This document shows, piece after piece, positions 36,010 to 47,300 of a stretch of 64,000 bases of DNA (position 1 is the first letter of the stretch; each line of letters starts with the position of its first letter). The position numbers were made by a program, and so were the translations under genes. This DNA is from Macrostomum lignano (taxonomy: Eukaryota), in contig NIVC01000620.1 of the NCBI GenBank assembly GCA_002269645.1, positions 372,001 to 436,000 on the forward strand, written 5' to 3'. The notes beneath the pieces are model-generated. The model saw nothing but the letters and a program-made list of their open reading frames with translations. It was not told the origin of the DNA and made no database searches.

Positions 36010-37177
36010 CTGTGTATTAGAACTCCCACGACTCTCAACTACCCCATCTCTCCTCTTTCTACTGACTCCCTTCACTATCATGTTCACGTACCCTCTCCCA
36101 TCTTCCCATGCACCCCATCTGTCATTTCTCTCCTCTTTTTCCCCATGCACCCACTTCTCTCCTATCTTTTCCCCTATCCCCCTCTCTCTAAAAAGTAGCC
36201 TTAGGTAACTCAGAATCAATTCATTTACTATTATTTATCTAATTTTCAATTTTTAATTTATCTAATTTTCAGATGGGCAAAAAAAATCGATAAAAAAAAC
36301 GTCCGGCCGTCCAGCTCCTGCCCGCCCGAACCCTCCCAACCCTGCTGCATCGGCCCCGGCCCCGGCGCCTAACCCTCCTGCCCGCCCGAACCCCCCCAAC
36401 CCTGCTGCATCGGCCCCGGCGCCTAACCCTCTTGCCCGCCCGAACCCCCCCAACCCTGCTGCATCGGCCCCGGCGCCTAACCCTTCCGGCCGCCAGGGGC
36501 CTACAACTCGCCGCTCATATGCGGCTGTTGTAGGCTCCAGGCCAGCCCCTCCAGCCCCTGCCCCACGCCCTCCCCCCCGCTGCTCAGCCTCACCCTCCGC
36601 CAACCCCGTCCCATCCCCTCCAATCCCTGACCCACGCCCTCCACCCCCCCTGCCGGATCTCACCCGCCGGCCCCACCTGCTGCCGCCAGATTTATTCCAC
36701 CCCCTATCCATCGGGGTGGAAGGAAATGGCGAAATTATAACAGAAATGTAAGTTATTAAGTTATCGCATCAGTCTTTTATTCTTTTTCTAGTTTTTATTC
36801 AATTCAATTACAACTAATAGAACCCTCAACATTTTTTTTAGAGAGCCGCTGTGCGGCAGTTCCTACAGCTTCAGCAGCAACTGCAGCTGCTACAGCTGGA
36901 AGCCTACTGCAAAGGGTATGTATTCAACTTAATACTTATACAGATCTAGAAATAACTATTTCTGATGGAGCTTTCTCCGCCAGAAAGTAGAGTAGGTTCG
37001 GGTTCTTAGAGGTTCGAATCCTTAGAGTTTCAGGTTCTGAGAGTTTCAGCATCTCAAAGTTTCGGGTTCTTAGAGCTCTCGCAACCTCAATCACCCACAC
37101 TACAGCTTCTACAACACCAACGGGCGAGGCCCACGAGGCGGAGGCGGCCCTGGTGGCGGCCAGCCACTCCAAGCCTA
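36010..37177 (+). other. Low-complexity exon cassette, copy 2 (Pro/Ala/Asn-rich exon from 36273, RQFLQ exon 36842-36915, Gly-rich exon ending 37177)
   Basis: Shares CTGTGTATTAGAACTCCCACGACT, cagATGG.CAAAAAAA, C.GCAGTTCCT.CAG and GGCGGCCAGCC...GTAAGTTGCCA with copy 1. Confidence 0.4.
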
Positions 37178-37282
37178 GTAAGTTGCCACACTACACAGGC
37201 TGTATTACATATAATGTACATGTCCCACTTCTTTCCAACCGTGGCTTGCACCATCAGTACACCACATACCAGATAAATAAAC

Positions 37283-37284
37283 GA

Positions 37285-37342
<58 letters not shown>

Positions 37343-37622
37343 TCTCAGTAACCCTAATCTATTCTCTGTGTAATAAATCTATTCTCAGTGTCCTAAATCT
37401 ATTCTCAGTGTCATAAATCTATTCTCAGTGTCCTAAATCTAGTCTCAGTGTCTCAAATCTATTCTCATTGTCTTAAATCTATTCTTAATGTCCCAAATCT
37501 ATTCTCAGTAACCCCAATCTATTCTCTGTGTATTAAATCTATTCTCAGTGTCATAAATCATTTCTCAGTGTCCCAAATCTTTTATCAGTGTCTCAAATCT
37601 ATTCTTAGTGTCATAAATCATA
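37283..37622. repeat. (GATA)n microsatellite followed by a 20-bp minisatellite
   Basis: (ATAG)n to about 37340, then ATTCTCAGTGTC(C/A)TAAATCT units. Confidence 0.9.
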
Positions 37623-37884
37623 GATGGTAGATAGTAGGATAGTATCCTACTAGTAGATAGTAGATAGTAGGATCTCTAGTAAGATACTAAAAGTAGTATG
37701 AGCGAAACATGTGCACTATAGTTTAGGGATATACACTAGCATAATGTTGTAAGGTCGCAATTTATCATTATTTTTTAAAGATGGCCCGAAGAAATGGTCC
37801 TTTTCCACTCACACGTCTGATTTCTTTTCCAGATGGAAGTTGATTTTCTGCAAGGAGGGGGCCTGCCCCCGCCGCCGCCGCCGC

Positions 37885-37927
<43 letters not shown>

Positions 37928-37992
37928 GCCACCGCCTCGCCGGCTGAGGCGACTGCGGAGCGGCCGGCTGCGCTACTTTAAGACTTTAAGCA

Positions 37993-38542
37993 GGGCTGGG
38001 CTACAAATCTGATTGTAGGGAAAGTTTGTATATATAGATAGATAGGATAAAGGAATGGATAAAAATTTTACTGTTTAAGACATTTGGAATTAATTATTTA
38101 GACAGGCAGACAGACAGACAGACAAACTTTCCCTACAATCAGATACGAACCCTCGGGTCATAATTAATAATAAATAATTTAAATAATAAATTAAATAATA
38201 GAAAGTAATAAATAATAAGTAATAAATAATTAAATAATAAATAATTTAATAATTTAAATAATTTAAATAAAATTTGAGTAATTTAAATAATAAATTAATA
38301 ATAAATTAATAAATTAGTAATAATGTTTATTGTTTATTGTTTGTTAATGTTATTGTTATTGTTATTGTTATTGTGTTGTTATTGTAATGTTGTTGTAATG
38401 TTGTAATGTAATGTAATGTTGTAATGTTGTAATGTAATTGTAATGTTATTGTTAATGTTTATTTATGTTTATTAAATGGTAAATATTTAATAATAATTTA
38501 ATAATGTATTAAATTAATCGGCCCGAGGGTTCTGCCCAGCCC
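37993..38542. mobile_element. Dumbbell element, copy 2, inside a diverged duplication of 34400-35170 (37686-38835)
   Basis: Same three IR pairs. The loops are replaced by GATA/GACA repeats and about 360 bp of AAT/TTG low-complexity DNA. Confidence 0.65.
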
Positions 38543-38835
38543 AATTTTTGGAATAAAAATCTTGCGCTTCAATTTCTTCCTTATTCAATGATCATAACAT
38601 AGAGTTTAAAACAGTAGAGCTCAGTGGTAGATGTTTCAGAAAAGTGTCATTATCAGCCAGTAGGCTTGGCAGGATAGTACTTAGGAATGCTGTTAAATGC
38701 AACCAATTGAGTTCAATTTCAGCACCCCAGCAGCCTGGCTGGCTAGCTGTGTTTTCGCCACTCGACGTTCTGATACTTGGCGGAGGTGCTTAGCGAGTTA
38801 TTGCATCTTGCGACAACAGATAAGCACATTCCATC

Positions 38836-39228
38836 TAAAGCGTCGCCTCAGCATCCTGGGCTACGCCGATGATCTCGCCCTGCTGTCCTCAACCGTCAAG
38901 GGCGCCCAACGTCAGCTGGACCGTCTGGTTGGCGTTGCTGCGAGCGTCGGCCTGGTGATCAACACGCAAAAGACCGTCGTGCTCACCATGCCCACCAACA
39001 TCCAAGCCGACATCTACTGCCGAGGCGCTGATGGGCAGGCAACGCTGTTGCCGCGCGTTCAGCAGTTCGTGTACCTCGGCGGCCTGGTCGACGCGGCGCA
39101 CGCCGGCCTGCTGCGCGCTGCCTTCAAGATCGGCGGCGGCGAGCATGTCACTAGCGCGGCGCTGTACGCCCGAGCTCGCCTGGCCCGCCCCAGCGATCTG
39201 CTTCGCCGCCGGCGGCTCCAGTGCTGCT
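38836..39228 (+). mobile_element. RTE-like non-LTR retrotransposon RT fragment, truncated and internally deleted
   Basis: LSILGYADDLALL...GLVINTQKT...QQFVYLGGLV joined directly to DAAHAGLLRAAF...LLRRRRLQ. Confidence 0.88.
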
Positions 39229-39789
39229 GGCCATGCAGCAGACAAGATTTCGCGTGGAGCTGCGCGTCCAATGAGAACGTAGCTACTCGAAGAAGTATAG
39301 GGCAAATGGCAGCTTCCCTTTCCTCTCCTCTCCAAGTTTTGGGGATATATATGGCACATGTTGGCACCTTTTGCGTTCCTAATTGGTCACATTTCTATTT
39401 TTCATTGTCCCTACTAAAAGTAAAAATTGTTACTGAATGAGCAAAAGTGCTCAACAATTTGGATTGTTAAAAGTAGTTTATAATTAAACATGTCTATTAG
39501 GCATATTTTTTATGCAGTGTCCTATTCCCTTAAAAATGTCCCATTCCCTATAAAATTTGGCAACTTTATAATTAAGGCAAAAAATAATTAAATCGGTGCT
39601 TGACTTGTCCGCCATATTGTTTTTTAATCAGATTAACAAATTAATGTTTTTTATTCACTACGTATTTTGCTTTTTACTAAATACTACCCTTAGGGTATCT
39701 ATTCAATTTTGATCAATAATTTTTTAGGACAAGTACAGTTTTACATATTGGAAGTATAAAGTTACTTTTTAGTTACCATATTAACGTTA

Positions 39790-40321
39790 CATTGAAAACT
39801 TATATTTAACAAGAATCTAATGTTAGTCATGTTAGCAAGGACTAGGGCAGTACTGGCTGTTGCAATCTGTACACTTCTACACTTCTGGCTGTACAGCTTG
39901 AAGTGAATGTAGCCCTCGTTTTTGGCGTTGTCTTTGTATACCCAGAAGACCACTTGGCCGCCTATGCTAGTCCAGGCTTTCTGGCATTTCTGCAAGTTAA
40001 CAAATTTTTAAATTTACTGTTAGTATGCATAATAGCATATCTGGCATAGCATAGCAAATGGGATTTTTTTATTTCTCAAAAAATATTTTTGTTTCATTTA
40101 GCAATGTATTCCTAATCTTAACACCTTAAGATCTGAAAGCCTTAACACTTACCTAGCAGGTAAAGCAGACTTCGGCTTGATCCTTGAAGTAGCACCACTG
40201 ATTTCTAGGGATACCGGTGTTGTGCACATCCAGCAGGTTGAACTCTAGGTATAGGTGCCAGCTGCCGAACAAAAATTGGCTGAAAAAATCCACGAAACGT
40301 TTGTGCCAGACAATTTCCATT
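39790..40321 (-). pseudogene. RTP-like (receptor-transporting protein, zf-3CxxC) two-exon pseudogene
   Basis: Exon 40153-40321 (WHKRFVDFF..W.L...QWCYFKDQAEVCFTC), a GT-AG intron of 163 bp, and an exon from 39989 (KCQKAWTSIGGQVVF...EGYIHFKLYSQKC). Lesions: TAG inside the first CxxC and an 8-bp duplication at 39871-39886. Confidence 0.72.
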
Positions 40322-40922
40322 CTGAAAAGAAAATAAAAAATTGACATGATATTTCGTCAGAACGCTATTAATTTGGATGTCAGGATTTCAGATAGTTTAC
40401 AGAGTAACGGTAATTTGACTATAAATTTTTAAATACAAGCCATGCTTATTGAACAAAAAAGCCTTACAAAGACAACAATATATTCATGCCAATATTTTTG
40501 CAGCAAGCAAATTATATATACTGCCAAGAAAAAAGACAGATTAACAGCAGTAGCAGGAAAAATTGTTTGTAATACGGAAATTATAAACAGTGGATATTTT
40601 TCGAAGAGTAAACTCTGAGCACATAATAATAAATCGTTGAAGAAGTATTGCACAATGGTGGAGAGGGATGAGGGAGTAGGGTGGAGTTATAGACAAAGTT
40701 ATAGACAAACAAGTTGACTTTGTTTTTTATTATTAATATTAGTGCGAACCGCTGCTGCGAAGTATCGGGCACTAATTGCAAACCAGGCTGTCCGCTGTTC
40801 CGCTGGCAAGGTGCCGAGCCTTGCCACGCTGGCCAGTCTGGCAACACGCAGCAGCGTTTGTGGTTTGGGAAAGGTCTTGGTCACTGAACTGTAAAAACGT
40901 GATCCCTTCTGAACGTTTAAAC

Positions 40923-40938
40923 GTCCCTTTTCTGGGCC
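40923..40938 (+). promoter_or_regulatory. Degenerate histone-type stem-loop
   Basis: AAAC-GTCCCT-TTTC-TGGGCC-A; two mismatched stem pairs. Confidence 0.35.
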
Positions 40939-42333
40939 ATTAAATTTGTGATTCTTGCGTTTAGTCAACTCTTTTAACTCCGCCATTGCCGGTCCCCAGC
41001 CCGGATGAAAAAGGAGGGAAAGAAAATATGCATATGCTCACGTTCGTGTCACTGTTTTTCTGTTTTCATTTTTGATAAAACTGTCTTGCCATTTTCCACT
41101 TGAAATGTTTTTTTATGCTTTGTCTTTCTTATTTTCCGCATAATGGTATTTTGACATGGTGGACATTGTGTGTAGTATTTACAACGTAAATTACGTTGTA
41201 AACTAACGAACGTAGTCAACTAAAAAGTCAACGTCAAAAGTCAAAGGCTTTAACTAAAATGCCGCCGGGAAGCCTGGCTCTGGGCCGTGACCCGGTCGGA
41301 GCTGGGCATTCTTTAAGCTGTCGGCTGACGCTGCCGCGCCAGCACCTGGGAAGCCAAGGAAGGCAACAATCGTGCAAAGGCCTCCAAAGCACGCTTACAA
41401 ACACCCTATAGAGCAGTGTCAGACACGCTGGCAAACACCCTGCAGTTTCTGCAAGTAAAGCCAGTTGCTCTCGCAACTTACAACTAATCAAAACGACTAA
41501 AGTGAATTTAGTGAGTTTAGTAGGCCAAAAAAGGTGAATTTACTACCTAAAAATTTGGTACACTGTGGGTATCTATTTTAGATACGTAGTCAAAACATTT
41601 CACTACCCATAGACTTCCGTATCAGCCTCGCACAGTGCCTGTACTGGGTTGTACTATCAGTGTGAGCGGAGTATCATCGTCTCTCATCACGCTCAGGAGC
41701 CTCGGTGAGTCTGGTCATGCGACCTTTTCTTTTTTAGAGCGCAAATTAAGACCAGAGAGAAGAGAGGTGAAGGAAAAGACGAGAGAAGAGTGGGAGGAGA
41801 GGAAAGAGAAAAGAGAAAAGAAATGAGATAAGAGAGATGAAAAAGAAGAGAAATGAGAGAAGATACGAGAGAAGAGGGGAGAGAGGAGAGAGTAAAGAGA
41901 AGAGAGGAGAGAGCAGAGAGGAGAGACGAGGGACGAAACAGAAGAGAGGAAACCTCTCTCCTAATAGCTGTGGGAATTATTTATTTTTACTATTTTCTGT
42001 TATTTACTATTTACTATTTACTGTTATTTTTACATTGGCGGCCCTGTCGGTGGCAATGGTGGCGGCCATGACGACGGTGGCCCTGGCGGCGGTGGCCCTG
42101 GCGGCGGTGGCCAGTTTTGATATCAGAATACACATACAGGAGCAGTAAAACGGTTTTTGCCAAATTATTAAGACAAGTTTGTGGACAAGTCATTCACGAT
42201 GTTACATTTTTGAGAGTTTGACTTACGTTTATGGTTTGAGTTTTTTTACCTTGTACCGAATAACGATTTTAAAGGCGTTTAACCCTTAAAAAGATGCCAT
42301 ATAATGTTTGCGGACACTACATGTATAGTTTAG

Positions 42334-42607
42334 CAGGGGCGCGACTAGAGGTTTCAGGGGGGGCGCTAAAATGAGTGCCTGTGGCGCAAAAATGAGTGCC
42401 TGTGGCGCAAAAATGAGTGCCTGTGGCGCTAAAATGAGTACCTGCGGTGCTAAAATGAGTGTCTGCGCCGCTAAATCGAGTGGCTGGGCCGCTAAAATGA
42501 GTGCTGACAACACTGATTCTGATAATAATGTACGTGTAGAAATTTCGTCGTGTACATGTAGAATTCTTGGCTTTGTCCCCCATTATAAAATCCATGGCGA
42601 CGCGCCT
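42334..42607 (-). mobile_element. hAT-like MITE of the 21-bp GGCACTCATTTTAGCGCC family
   Basis: Head TAGGCGCGTCGCCATGGATTT...GGGGACAAAGCCAAGAATTC read leftward; internal 21-bp repeats. Confidence 0.7.
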
Positions 42608-43008
42608 AAGTAAGAAAAATCAAAATTAGCTATACAGCTTCCTTCTGTTATACGATTGCCATGTAGCTGCAGTATATAATATAGGCTTTTTAACAAAACA
42701 TTAGCAAAAGCTAGGGTACTTGCACAGTTCCACTCTCATGCCTTATAAATTGATAGCTGACCAGACCATTCAGTCTATCTTGCATCTCGAAAAAGGTGCT
42801 ATGAGCCATATATAATCCCTAAAACTTACACCATAACTCTCTGATCTCTTGATCTTTTTACTTCTCTGCTCTGCTCTCTGCTTTCACAATATTTAAGAAA
42901 CTCGATTTTTACTGGGCCCTATCATCCTGTAGCCTCTGGATGCGCCCCTGGTACATGATAGCCGCGTAGATGCATATTTAAAGCAATTCCGTGTTGTAGT
43001 TATGTACT

Positions 43009-43180
43009 CAGGCGCGTCGCCATGGATTTTATGGTGGGGGGACAAAGCCAAGAATTCTACATGTACATGTACACGACGAAATTCCTACACGTACATCATA
43101 ATCAGAATTGGTATTGTCAGCACTTATTTTAACGCCGCATGCACTTATTTTAGCGCGGCAAGCACTTATTTCAGCTCCGT
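43009..43180 (+). mobile_element. Truncated copy of the same MITE family, back-to-back with 42334-42607
   Basis: CAGGCGCGTCGCCATGGATTTTATGGTGGGGGGACAAAGCCAAGAATTCTACATGTACA. Confidence 0.7.
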
Positions 43181-45290
43181 GTGAAATGGTGTCTTAGCTT
43201 TTGTGACCTCGGAAGCATTTATTTGATCCTTTGAGGTCTACAGAGAAGCACTAGAGCGAAACTTAAGCTAGTCTGGCAGCAACCTACTATTATTAGTAAG
43301 ACACTCGACAAATTTAGCTTAATTTGAAGCCCCTATTTCGGCTACAAAGATCTGCATTCGGCATTCTGAACATCGGCAAAACTAGACCACTAAGCCGCGA
43401 CCACAGCTACCCTCCCCCTGAGCTTGAGGAACTCAGCAGCGGAGCTCCCTATCATCTGCAAGCCAAAGTTCTCATTGAAGTTTGTTTGAAATGTCAAAAC
43501 GCACTAATTAGAATGGCTAGAACGAACAAATTAAAACCGGTCACCTAATACAAATTAGTCCTCCTAAACCCCTTTGACCTCAGTAGGATTAATAATTAAT
43601 ATTTGCAGTAAGAAGCCCTAAAATTTTATTAAAAACTGAAAAAAGAATAGAATATAGTAACAAATAGAACAATATTATAACCTAGACTATAGGTTACATG
43701 TATGCCAAAAAATTGATCTGTTTAAAAGTAGGCTTATAAATTTATGCCAATCTTTTTTGCATATAAATATTAATTAATTTATTCATGCCAAGCATGAAAA
43801 TTGCAAGGTAATGGAACATTTTACGTGAAAAAAAGAAAATTTGTATAGTTATAAAAGTCAATTATAGAAGTTTTGTTTTAATAAAATAAAGAATAAATAA
43901 AATTAGTAAATTTTAAATAAAATTAGGCTTAATGATAGAATTTATAATTTAACTTTGAGAGCCTAGCTTAGGACTAGGTAGGAGCCTGATATATTTTATC
44001 TAACATTAGTAACAAGATGTCAAGATTCTTTTGTATACTAACAGTTTAGCCTAAGTAGACAAGATTGACCAACTTGACCTTTTGACTAATGGGTTTTCTT
44101 AGCTAATAAAACAGCCCTTAAAAGGGCAGTTTTAACAAAATTCTACCTTTGCTTCAGGCTTAGAAACTTGCTGGAAGTCATAAATAGCCTAGGCCTATAG
44201 AGCAGAGATCTAAGGAATAAAGATAAATATATTTCAGTTTTAGTTAATTCTGTACATTTGTAGTATTACAGCACAACTGATTCAGTGAATCAGTGATTCC
44301 TCTATTATGCTGTATTATATATAGACCTATATATACCACTATCAATACAGGATATCAACGCCTATGGCTATGTATCTACTGTAAAAACTGAAATGCCTTC
44401 GCGAAAAAAGCTTTCATATAGAAATGGCAGACAGTAGTCAGTCAGAAATCAAACTTACCGTCCAAGTCCAATGCTTAGACTCCTAAGACGCATTAAGTCA
44501 TTAAGTCTTAAGTCCACATTAACTTACCCAGATAAATTTATGACCCATCTGGTCTATAGAGTTTATTCTACAGGCTGGGTTCCCACTCAAGGGTGGATCC
44601 ATATCTTATGGCCCCGTTTTAAATTAATTTAAATCGGGTTGAATTTACCAAGTAGAAAAACTCACTAATCGATAATTTTAAAAACGAGTGCAGACAATTT
44701 TTATTGGACGCGGCAAAAATTCCTCCTATCGCCAAGTGCCATACCATGTCATTTACGTTACTGGCTACTCATAGTAAAAATGCAACAAAACATTGAGATA
44801 ATTTTCGCTTTAACTAATCATTTTTATTGAGCTAAGAGCTTACTTTTCCTTGTTTAAAAGCTAACAGCTAACAAAGCTAACAAAAGCTAACAAAATGAAT
44901 AATCAATAATTAGACAATTCTTACAAGTTAACAAGTTCATACCATTAGTAAGGTGCCAAAAATTAGCAATTCGATTTAATTATTTTCCAAAATTATCAAA
45001 CAGTTTTAAAGAGTTATACAACAACACAGTCTAAAAATGTTGGTGCTAGTGCTAGCGCTCCCGTTTGTGGCTGGCGCTCTTTGATACGCTGAGTATGCTC
45101 TAATCTTATCCTAAGTAAGTTATTAACTAAACAATTTAATTTGACAGAAAATTCTAAACAGGCTCTAAGAAGCAGTAGACTCCAGTTAGCAGTCCATAAA
45201 AACTTAAAGTTTTAAAAAGTTTTTGAACGCGTTTGATGAGAAATAAATTACAAAGAATTCCCCGGGTCGTCAAGCAGAAAGTTTCTTGCT

Positions 45291-45630
45291 TGTCCTGAAA
45301 AGGGCCGTTTTTAAACATTTACTAGTTACTACTGCTTTTGCTCGGTCAGAACAGGGTCATGCAGGCACATTAAAATCAAGAATTCATGTTAAAAGAGTTT
45401 TGAAGCATTCGAATAAAAGTTCAATAAAATCAATTCCCTTGGTTATAGTTATAGTTTGTGTGTTGGTCCTGAGCTGAAAGAACGGTTTTGAAGAATTACT
45501 ATTTACGTTGATCTGCCGGTTCAGAGCAATGCAGTTACATGAAATTCAATAGTTCATGCTAAGAGTTTTGCTGTGCTCTTTAAATACCTGTCCCCAAGTG
45601 AGAGTTTGAGTGGTTGCCCTGAAAAGGGCC
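45291..45630 (-). promoter_or_regulatory. Orphan histone-type 3' stem-loop cluster A (45291-45306, degenerate 45465-45490, 45615-45630)
   Basis: Minus strand AAAAC-GGCCCT-TTTC-AGGACA and AAAAC-GGCCCT-TTTC-AGGGCA-ACCAC. No histone ORF upstream. Confidence 0.7.
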
Positions 45631-46229
45631 GTTTTATCGATTACTATTTACTTCACTGTTTACCCATAGCGGGCTTTTGCCATTTTGCTATTTATAGCTT
45701 ACTTAAGCCATTATCCTAACTGGCTTAGTAGGTAATATATAAATAATTACCTATTATTTCACTAAGATTAATAATTTAAATCTTCCATTTATATATATAG
45801 TCTTCCTAAAAGCTTTAAACAGCAGAATCAGTCACAAATGGAGTTTTACATACCCACTGCCACTACCCAGTCATCATGTGACAGCTGATAGGTCCATTTA
45901 TAGTTATATTACCTTAATTAACTTATCTGGGCATGACATCGTCAAATCAAATCCCCTTCTTGAGGGGAACCCCTTCTCCCCCCAGACCCCTTACCCTTAT
46001 GCATGTAATATTCCAGCAACATTGGAAAGTCGGTTCGGCATGCACCGGCAGAGGTCGGCACTCTATATATGCAGTAATGTCTGTTGGACTATTCTGAAAT
46101 CAAAATCAAATATGCGAGAAAAAGCTCTGCGGCTGCGGGCTGCGGGCAAATCTGGGCGGAAAATCTCTCTGTGCCGTCGGCGGGCAATTCGACTGCAGGT
46201 GCTACTCGTGCTCGCGCTGCCGCCTTCCC

Positions 46230-46540
46230 TCTTCTCCCTTCACTCTAACCCCATCTCCCTTCACTCTAACCCCATCTCCCTTCACTCTAACCCCATCTCC
46301 TTTCACTCTAACCCCATCTCCTTTCACTCTAACCCCATCTCCTTTCACTCTAACCCCATCTCCTTTCACTCTAACCCCATCTCCCCTCACTCTAACCCCC
46401 TCTCCCTTCACTCTAACCCCATCTCCCTTCACTCTAACCCCTCTCCCTTCACTCTAACCCCTCTCCCTTCACTCTAACCCCATCTCCTTTCACTCTAACC
46501 CCATCTCCCTTCACTCTAACCCCCTCTCCCTTCACCCTAC
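46230..46540. repeat. 21-bp minisatellite, related to 54160-54570
   Basis: CTTCACTCTAACCCCATCTCC units. Confidence 0.95.
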
Positions 46541-46744
46541 CTTTATATTTCACTATACCACGCACCCTCTCCCTTCAATTTACTCTCTTTCTCCCTTTAC
46601 TCTACCCCTTGTCCCTTCACTCTATCCCCTCCCTCCCCCATTTCACACGTCTCACTCCCCTCTACCGGTGGGAGAAAAGGAGATAGGAGAGAAAAAGGGT
46701 ATGATGAGATAGGGGGAAATAGTAGAAGAGAGAGGGAAATAGGG

Positions 46745-47300
46745 GAGGGAGGGAAAGAGGGGAGAGAGGGAAAGAAGGGAGAGAGGGAAAGAGGGGAGAG
46801 AGGGAAAGAGGGGAGAGAGGGAAAGAGGGGAGAGAGGGAAAGAGGGGAGAGAGGGAAAGAGGGGAGAGAGGGAAGAGGGGAGAGAGGGAAAGAGGGGAGA
46901 GAGGGAAAGAGGGGAGAGAGGGAAAGAGGGGAGAGAGGGAAAGAGGAAAGAGAGGGAAAGAGGGGAGAGAGGGAAAGAGGAAAGAGGGGAAAGAGGGAAG
47001 AGAGGGAGAGAGGGGAGAGAGGGAAAGAGGGGAGAGAGGGAAAGAGGGGAGAGAGGGAAAGAGGGGAGAGAAGGAAAGAGGGGAGAGAGGGAAAGAGGGG
47101 AGAGAGGGAAATAGGGGAGGGAGTGAAAGAGGGGAGAGAGGGAAAGAGGGGAGGGAGGGAAAGAGGGGAGAGAGGGAAAGAGGGGAGAGAGGGAAAGAGG
47201 GGAGAGAAGGAAAGAGGGGAGAGAGGGAAAGAGGGGAGAGAGGGAAAGAGGGGAGAGAGGGAAAGAGGGGAAAGAGGTGAGAGAGGGAAAGAGGGCAGAG
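46745..47300. repeat. 17-bp purine-only minisatellite
   Basis: AGGGAAAGAGGGGAGAG units. Confidence 0.95.

Noticed and set aside
45291-45306. Reading CCCT-GAAA-AGGG on the + strand as a GNRA tetraloop RNA or hammerhead core
   Set aside because: It lacks CUGANGA. The minus-strand reading explains the flanking AAAAC and ACCA/ACAA bases as well, so the histone-type interpretation fits better.
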